Assembly: GCA_037447605.1 (NCBI GenBank)
Contig: CM074812.1
Span: 1,860,001-1,924,000 of the forward strand
Origin: Zygnema circumcarinatum SAG 698-1b
Lineage: Eukaryota; Plantae; Zygnematophyceae
Length of the DNA stretch: 64,000 nucleotides
Reading direction: 5' to 3'
A program made the translations under genes and the position numbers. The notes beneath the pieces were generated by a model, which saw only the letters and a list, made by a program, of their open reading frames with translations, did no database searches and was not told the DNA's origin. Shown in pieces: positions 58,134 to 64,000 of the stretch. Within the stretch, counting starts at the first letter, position 1; every line of letters begins with the position of its first letter.

Positions 58134-60805
58134 CCGCCCTCCCTCGTGCTGGCAGCCAGCGAGACCCCTGCGAATTTGGGAATTAGTGTCTCCCACACTG
58201 AGATGGGATGCGTGAGCCACTTCCCGTTTCTATGCAAGTTCATTGAACCAGTTTCGCAGCCGCCTCAGTTGAACCTTTCCACACGGAACGCCGTTACCCT
58301 GTCGGCGTACGCAGTTCAACAGGTACGGCAAATCGTCCCAAAGTGGTTCAAAAGTCATCTTAAATTCTGCACCTAACACTAGGACCTTCTACTTTACATT
58401 CTGACTATGTATTTAATATACTATACTTTACTCTATACTGTACTTGAGGGCTCTTCCAGCTCTCCTTTACAAATGTAACAAATGTCTCTCACATTTTGAA
58501 TGCAGAAAATTCATCCTCATCTTCCGGCATCATCAGTTCATGCAATCGGCGAGTCTCAAGCAGAAGCGGCATTTCCGGGACCGACATTGATCGCAGTGAG
58601 ACACGTTCCGGCGCTTATTCATTGGAAAAACGAAATCCCCCACAACTTGATGTTTCAACGGGCCCTTACAAAGGACCCCAGCTTTGGTCGGCTAGGTATG
58701 TAAAAAAGGTCCCAAAAACCCAAAAGAACCTGGATGTGCATGCATGCACTTTTTAAGCATTTTTAAATGGAGTAAGAAACTGAGAGTTCTGTGTTTGGGT
58801 AGGAGGAAGAACTCTGATTGATGCGCCATTGGGTGTCTTTCCTTCTTAAATTTTATGTTTTTTTTTCTGCAGCAATGCATCTTCACGGAGGGGAGGTTGA
58901 ACCGGGCTCGATGGGACACCCCAGAGGGAGGCGAGATGAAGAGGGCCCAAACAGTAAAAATTTTGAGACGAATTTGTACACATATGCGAACGGGCAGGAG
59001 CCCGCCACGCTCTGGTACCACACTCACTCTTTTGGGTCGGCGACGGACGGCGTACTTTCAGGTGAGCAATACTGTTTCTTTTTTTAAAATATACATAGTA
59101 TAAAAAAACTAGTAATGCGAATAAGAACTGTGTAAATATGAAATGAGATAAATCTACCGTTAAAAATAGAACTAATGATAGCAATGTACGGTGGGGGGCT
59201 GGCGCAGGGCTCGGTGGATTCTATCAGCTGTTGGATCCACCAGGGCTGGAAGCCAATCTGGAAGTGCCACGTGGCGAGTCAGAGGCGCACTTCATGATCC
59301 AGGACGGGGCAGTTTTTGCAAACGGCACATTTTCTTCGTTAAACCCAAAAAGTAGCGCCGTTCCGACGTTAAACGTTGTGATGGTGAATGGAAAGGTAAT
59401 ATCAAACCCTATAGATATCGCACCCAAGACAGATAAATACTGCAAATACTGAATCCTTAATCAAAGTGTGGCGAATTGCTGATGTCTTTTTTGCCTCCTT
59501 TTTTGTGTTCAGGTGTGGCCCTTTATGAAAGTACGCCGAACAGCGTACACATTTCATCTCCTGAATGCGTACTCATTTCAGCCGCGAGTGCTCGCATTCA
59601 CTTTTAAAAACCGGACCCTCAATGCAGAGAAAGTTTCAGACGAGACCAGCATGAAATTTTACCAGATAGCGTCTGATGGGGGTCTCCTGAACTCCCCCAT
59701 AGAGACAACGAGCCTCACATTGGGGCCGAGTGAAAGGGCCCGAATTGTAATTGATTTCAGTTCTCTCCCTCACGGAGTGAACGAGGTCTACCTCGCTGAC
59801 GGGACAAAGGGGGACTCCTCCCATGAGAGTGTGTGGGTAGCTATGAAGTTCATTGTGGGGCAGAGCGAGCGAGAGGGAGAGAAAGCGAGAGAGAAGCTCA
59901 AGCTGCCCCTGCGAATGAATGACATAGTCGATGTGAAGGAGGAGAATGTGACAAGGACTCGAAGCTTCTCAATCACTCGTGAGGTGAATGGTGAGGGGGA
60001 GAAGAGTGGTAGCGATGGGAGTGAGGAGCGGAGATGGGTCTTGGAAAGCATCGACAGATTGAACGAAAAGGAAGAGGAGGTGGTGGAAGAGGTGCGTCTC
60101 TTTGCGTTTTGTGAAATACTGAATGTCTGACGAGAGCATTCTCTTTCTCTCCCTCCCACCCTCCACCTCCCACTCTCCCTCCCCCTCCCCCCTTCTCTCT
60201 CACCTCCCCTCTCTCTGTGCCCCTCTTTCTCTCTACTTAAGTGGAATGATCGCTTATTTATTTATTTTTTTTCTGCCAGGGTACGTCGGAGATATGGTCA
60301 ATTTTCGGCGCTTACGAGTCGGCGGCCCTGCACATGCTCCACCTCCACTTCGGGCAGCATCAGCTTTTGGGTCGCCGGAAATTCGATTTGGGCGCGTTCC
60401 GCGCAGGGCTGTGCGCGTCCACCAACCAATCAGAGCTCGCCAGCTGTCTCTCAGGCCCTGTGGAAAGGCCACGTGGCTTTGAGACGGGTTGGAAGGACAC
60501 ATTCCAAGTGGAAGGAGGAGTCGTAACGAGCATTTGGGTGAAGATCAGTAATCAGGTGAGCACGCGCCTGATTGGGCGTTTTACTTCTTTTTAAATTAAA
60601 GTTGTGCTTTATGTTGTAAATGATAATTATATGCAATTTTGTTAATTAAATTAATTGGTTTCCCTCCCGTGCATGCATGCAGGCTGGCAAGGCATTTCCG
60701 TTCGACCCAACGGCTGAGCCGGGCTACATGTGGACTGCCACTCCGGTCGGGCACGTGGGCAGACCTCTCGTTCGGACACTCAGAGTCGTTTCTCGATCCA
60801 ACTAA
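56950..60805 (+). CDS. LPR1/CotA/bilirubin-oxidase-like multicopper oxidase with N-terminal membrane anchor; C-terminal HCH copper motif replaced by TAT
   Basis: ATG at 56950, then a hydrophobic anchor (ICTGVVFATVLLAVLLTASFSVGY). Motifs: FPGPTL, MHLHGG, LWYHTH, VMVNGKVWPFMKVRR, IASDGGLL, LGPSERARIVIDFS, HMLHLHFG, GWKDTF. Last exon 60683-60805 reads FPFDPTAEPGYMWTATPVGHVGRPLVRTLRVV. Confidence 0.9.
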
Positions 60806-60820
60806 TGGAGATGGAGGGAA

Positions 60821-60883
<63 letters not shown>

Positions 60884-61597
60884 CTCGTTTTCACAATCCC
60901 ATTGAAAAAAAGCTTGTACATTAGGCCACTGTCTTGTTGGAGAACGGGCCCTTGTAAAATGCTGTACATAGACGAGTTTAAAAGCCGAGGCTCAGTAGAA
61001 CTGAGAGGCATAGAGCGCACGGACTGAATGAGGAAAAGTAGAACCAGCAGTTCCGCTTCTTCCCTGCTTGGAAGTAAGAGCTTTCAAAGTATTCACACCA
61101 CAGCTGAAACTTGCACTCTTTACATTTCTAGAGTCAATCGACGATTGACTACGGATTACCAAACGTTGTAACCTCATCCCTATCTGTACATTCCCCCCTG
61201 AGTACGCACTCGTGTTTTTCAAAAATGCTTTTCAACTACCTCTCCTTGTCACAAAATGGTTACATGCTCGAGTCTTTTATTCGGCTGAAGAAAGAGGGCC
61301 TTGTCGGCTTCTTTGCGATGCGTCAGGAATCTCTAAAATGCCCGTCGCACACAAGCTCACATCGCAAACTTGGCATCTGCGCACATGCATAGATACGCGC
61401 ATATTAGACATCCGCAGTGATCAAACATAGAACGCAAAAACGTAAAAAAACGTAAAAACCCACATGCAAAAACTGAAAAGGAAGACCTTTCAATTGCAGT
61501 TCAATATTCAATGCAGCATGTCCAGTGCTTCCTTCTGCTCAGACCCTCCTTTTTCGCGATCAATCTCAAAGGAGGTGAGAACATGGAGGGAGGCAGC

Positions 61598-62293
61598 TTA
61601 CAAAACGCAGCCGGGGGAGAGTTTTGCAGCGACGCATTGTGGGCTCCACGGAGAGTTGCGGCACAGGTCGCAGTACTTGCGTTTGACCCACTTGCAAGAA
61701 GGGGGGGAGGGAGGAGGTGGGGAGGGAGAGGGAGGAGAGGGAGGAGGAGGCCGCGGAGATGGGTGTCTGCGATGATGATGATGGTGCCCATGATGGCCAT
61801 GATGATGGTGATGGTGATGATGGTGGTGATGATCATGTCGATGATGTCGCCTTCTGGGAGAGGGAGGGGGGGGATGAGGGGAAGGAGAGGGAGGAGGAGG
61901 GGAAGGAGAAGGGGATGGACGTGGAGGGGGAGGAGAGGGAGGAGGGGGGGAGGGCCGGGGAGGGGGAGGAGAAGGGGAGGGGTGGGGAGGAGGAGAGGGA
62001 GGAGAAGGGGAGGGAGGAGGAGGAGATGTGCTATCCAAAGACACCAATCTTAGAGAAGGCTTTCGATTTTTTATCCAATTCGAAAACGTGCGTCTAATTC
62101 CCCTTAAAGACCATCTTTCGCTGGAAGAGTCCGCTTCCAAAGCTGCAGGAAATTCTCGTCGAGAATAAAGGGAGGACAGGGAGCGAGGAAGGGGGTTCTC
62201 GTCAAAAGGCGGCCTCTCCTCTCTCTGGGCTGCGTAGGTTGTCAGTGCTCCACTTAGCAATAGAAGCTGCAACACTACGGTAAAGACAGCCAT
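61598..62293 (-). CDS. Secreted extensin/HRGP-like protein with poly-His tract and Cys-containing C-terminus, intronless, 231 aa
   Basis: Signal peptide MAVFTVVLQLLLLSGALTTYA, SP2-4 repeats flanking a block with about 22 His, and C-terminal CKWVKRKYCDLCRNSPWSPQCVAAKLSPGCVL. The start context is good and the single ORF has an ordered domain layout. Confidence 0.85.
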   Translation of the reverse strand: MAVFTVVLQLLLLSGALTTYAAQREERPPFDENPLPRSLSSLYSRREFPAALEADSSSERWSLRGIRRTFSNWIKNRKPSLRLVSLDSTSPPPPSPSPPSPPPHPSPSPPPPRPSPPPPSPPPPRPSPSPSPPPPSPSPHPPPPSPRRRHHRHDHHHHHHHHHHHGHHGHHHHHRRHPSPRPPPPSPPSPSPPPPSPPSCKWVKRKYCDLCRNSPWSPQCVAAKLSPGCVL

Positions 62294-62741
62294 GGTCGGC
62301 CAAGCAACCTTCCTCGTATGATGAAATTGGAAAATATGACCTTCCTGGCGGGAATTAGTAGGCCAGAGGAGGGAGGGAGGGAAAAGGAGAGCGGGTGTGG
62401 GAGAGGCAGAAAGCGATAGGAGAAAGAGCCCAGAAATTCAATGGAATATGATGTTCTCGAGCGCAGAGAGGGTGAGAGGGGACAGGGGAGAGAGGCGGAG
62501 AGAGCGAGAGAGAGAGAGAGAGAGAGGAGAGAGGAGAGAAAAAGAGGGAGTTACAGAAGGAGAAGGAAGCCTCGGATTGCTCCACGGCGTGGACTTGCAG
62601 ACAAAGGGAACGATGCCACGTGACCTGCATGGTCAGATCCTCTCAATTTTCAAGGCTCTGTGAGCGAGACACGTGGTCGGTGTCGATTTCCCCGAGGTCC
62701 TTCCCTGCTTCATCTGAACCGTCCGATCTGAAGACAACGAC

Positions 62742-63024
62742 ACATGTTCACAGTTCGGACCAGTGGATCGGCAACCATTGGACAACCATTGGATGGCAAT
62801 GGTTGGACGTCTACTGGTTGGCAACCAGTCGACTGGTTGCCAACCAGGTATGCAACCAGTCGAATGGTTGTTTCGGTCCGCGACCACTGGTTGGCAACCA
62901 GTCGACTGGTTTGGAACCAGTGGATGCCACTGGTTGGCAACCAGTCGAATGGTTGTTTCGGTCCGCAACCACTGGTTGCCAACCAGTCGACTGGTTTGTC
63001 TAATGGTCCGATCTGTGCACATGT
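62742..63024. mobile_element. Foldback/MITE-like element with imperfect 23-bp terminal inverted repeats and an internal array of CAACCAGTCGACTGGTTG palindromes
   Basis: ACATGTTCACAGTTCGGACCAGT (62742-62764) versus the reverse complement of 63002-63024 (ACATGTGCACAGATCGGACCATT): 3 mismatches. A perfect 20-bp palindrome lies at 62821-62840 with several variants. Partial copies occur at about 3380-3440, 40505-40560 and 47200-47270. No TSD identified. Confidence 0.6.
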
Positions 63025-64000
63025 TACGCTGGCGCATTTTAAAGATGCAGAGAAAACTGCACATGGAACAAAAATCTCCATGCGGATGTCATAAACTTTT
63101 CGTCCCGTTCCGTTCTCAAATTTTAGGCTCTATGCCACCAGTAGGGCGTGGCAGGATAGAAAGCCGTCAGCGTTATTGCAATGGAAATTCGCGTCAACGT
63201 CACAATTAAAAAGAGTACTCTAGTAATAAATTGGTACTGGTTCAAATAAGTACTTGTTCTAGAACCACTTCGATTTTTCTCTGTCGATTTTGTTCTGACA
63301 TGATGTGGTGTGCGTTTACCGAATGAGTGGAGTTTTTTAACGTATGCGGATTGTGCCACCAGTCAGCACCGGCCAATACCAATAAATGAATGCGGGTATA
63401 GGCACATCGCACCGAGACGGTTTCCATCGAACAGTTGTACGGCGCACGGAACCGTTCTGGCCGGACGCCCGTTTTGGCTACCGTCCAAAATCGGCCGACC
63501 AGTTCCGGGTCACGTGGCCAGCCCAACGAATCGGATGCGAGCACCGACAATCCGACGGATCGGCACAGATCTCGCACCGACCCGGCTGTGTCGAGAAACG
63601 CTCTCCGCTGATTGGTGGATCGCACGACCTCCACCGCCTCCGCCGCTTCCTCTCCCTCTCCCCCACTCCCTCTCCCCATCTCCCTCTCCCACCCTTTCCC
63701 TCTCCCTCTCCCTCCCTTTCCCTCTCCCTCCCTCTCCGTCCCCTCCCTCTCCGTCCCCTCCCTCTCTCTCCCTCCCTCCCTCCCCCCTACCATTCACTGC
63801 CTCCCTTCCCTTTCCCATGCATTCGCTCCCCCGATGTTCCCTCCCACTCTCCATTCGTTCTCCCGTGATTTCTCTTCTTATCGTTTCCTCTCGCCCTCTT
63901 CCTCTCCATTCTATGTCTGCATGAGCGTTTGACCCAACATTCTCCACTGAGCTCTCCCTATCTCTCCTCTCTCGTGCCCCCTCCTCCATCGCTCCCCCTC

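Noticed and set aside
62760-63000. Regular palindromic units resembling a CRISPR array
   Set aside because: There are no unique spacers of constant length and no cas genes; a foldback repeat explains it better.
63350-64000. Possible coding sequence at the window end
   Set aside because: Only promoter-like motifs (G-box, CCAAT) and a pyrimidine tract are present; any gene starts outside the window.

Overview
Gene-dense eukaryotic nuclear DNA from a draft, probably short-read, assembly: six 10-N gap placeholders, most inside (GA/TC)n or purine/pyrimidine tracts. GT-AG introns of about 60-750 bp, a plastid-type UROD, plant-specific LRRs, an LPR1/CotA-type multicopper oxidase, SP3-4 HRGP motifs and TTTAGGG-like repeats point to a streptophyte green alga or early-diverging land plant (inference; the species cannot be named). 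I spliced 14 protein-coding genes by hand: UROD (3'-truncated), an uncharacterised multi-exon gene, a small Cys-motif protein, a DUSP12/YVH1-type phosphatase, a bacterial-type class IV histone-deacetylase-superfamily protein, a cyanobacterial-type CHAD protein, a divergent centrin, a short ArfGAP, an ankyrin protein, a probably GPI-anchored LRR protein, a SETD3-like methyltransferase, a secreted tyrosinase, an LPR-like multicopper oxidase and a His-rich extensin-like protein. Mobile DNA includes a 430-bp hAT-type MITE with an 8-bp TSD, a non-LTR retroelement 3' fragment and a dispersed palindromic repeat family. The most interesting signals are: (1) an adjacent tyrosinase + multicopper oxidase + poly-His HRGP trio, a candidate wall or adhesive tanning module; (2) an apparent compensated double frameshift that erases the oxidase's HCH copper motif; (3) an intron-rich, apparently plastid-targeted CHAD (polyphosphate-binding) gene with a Lys/acidic linker. 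A 1,596-bp-offset duplication inside the SETD3-like gene looks like an assembly artefact. No tRNA, rRNA or CRISPR array was recognised. Family assignments rest on motifs recognised from memory; no searches were run.
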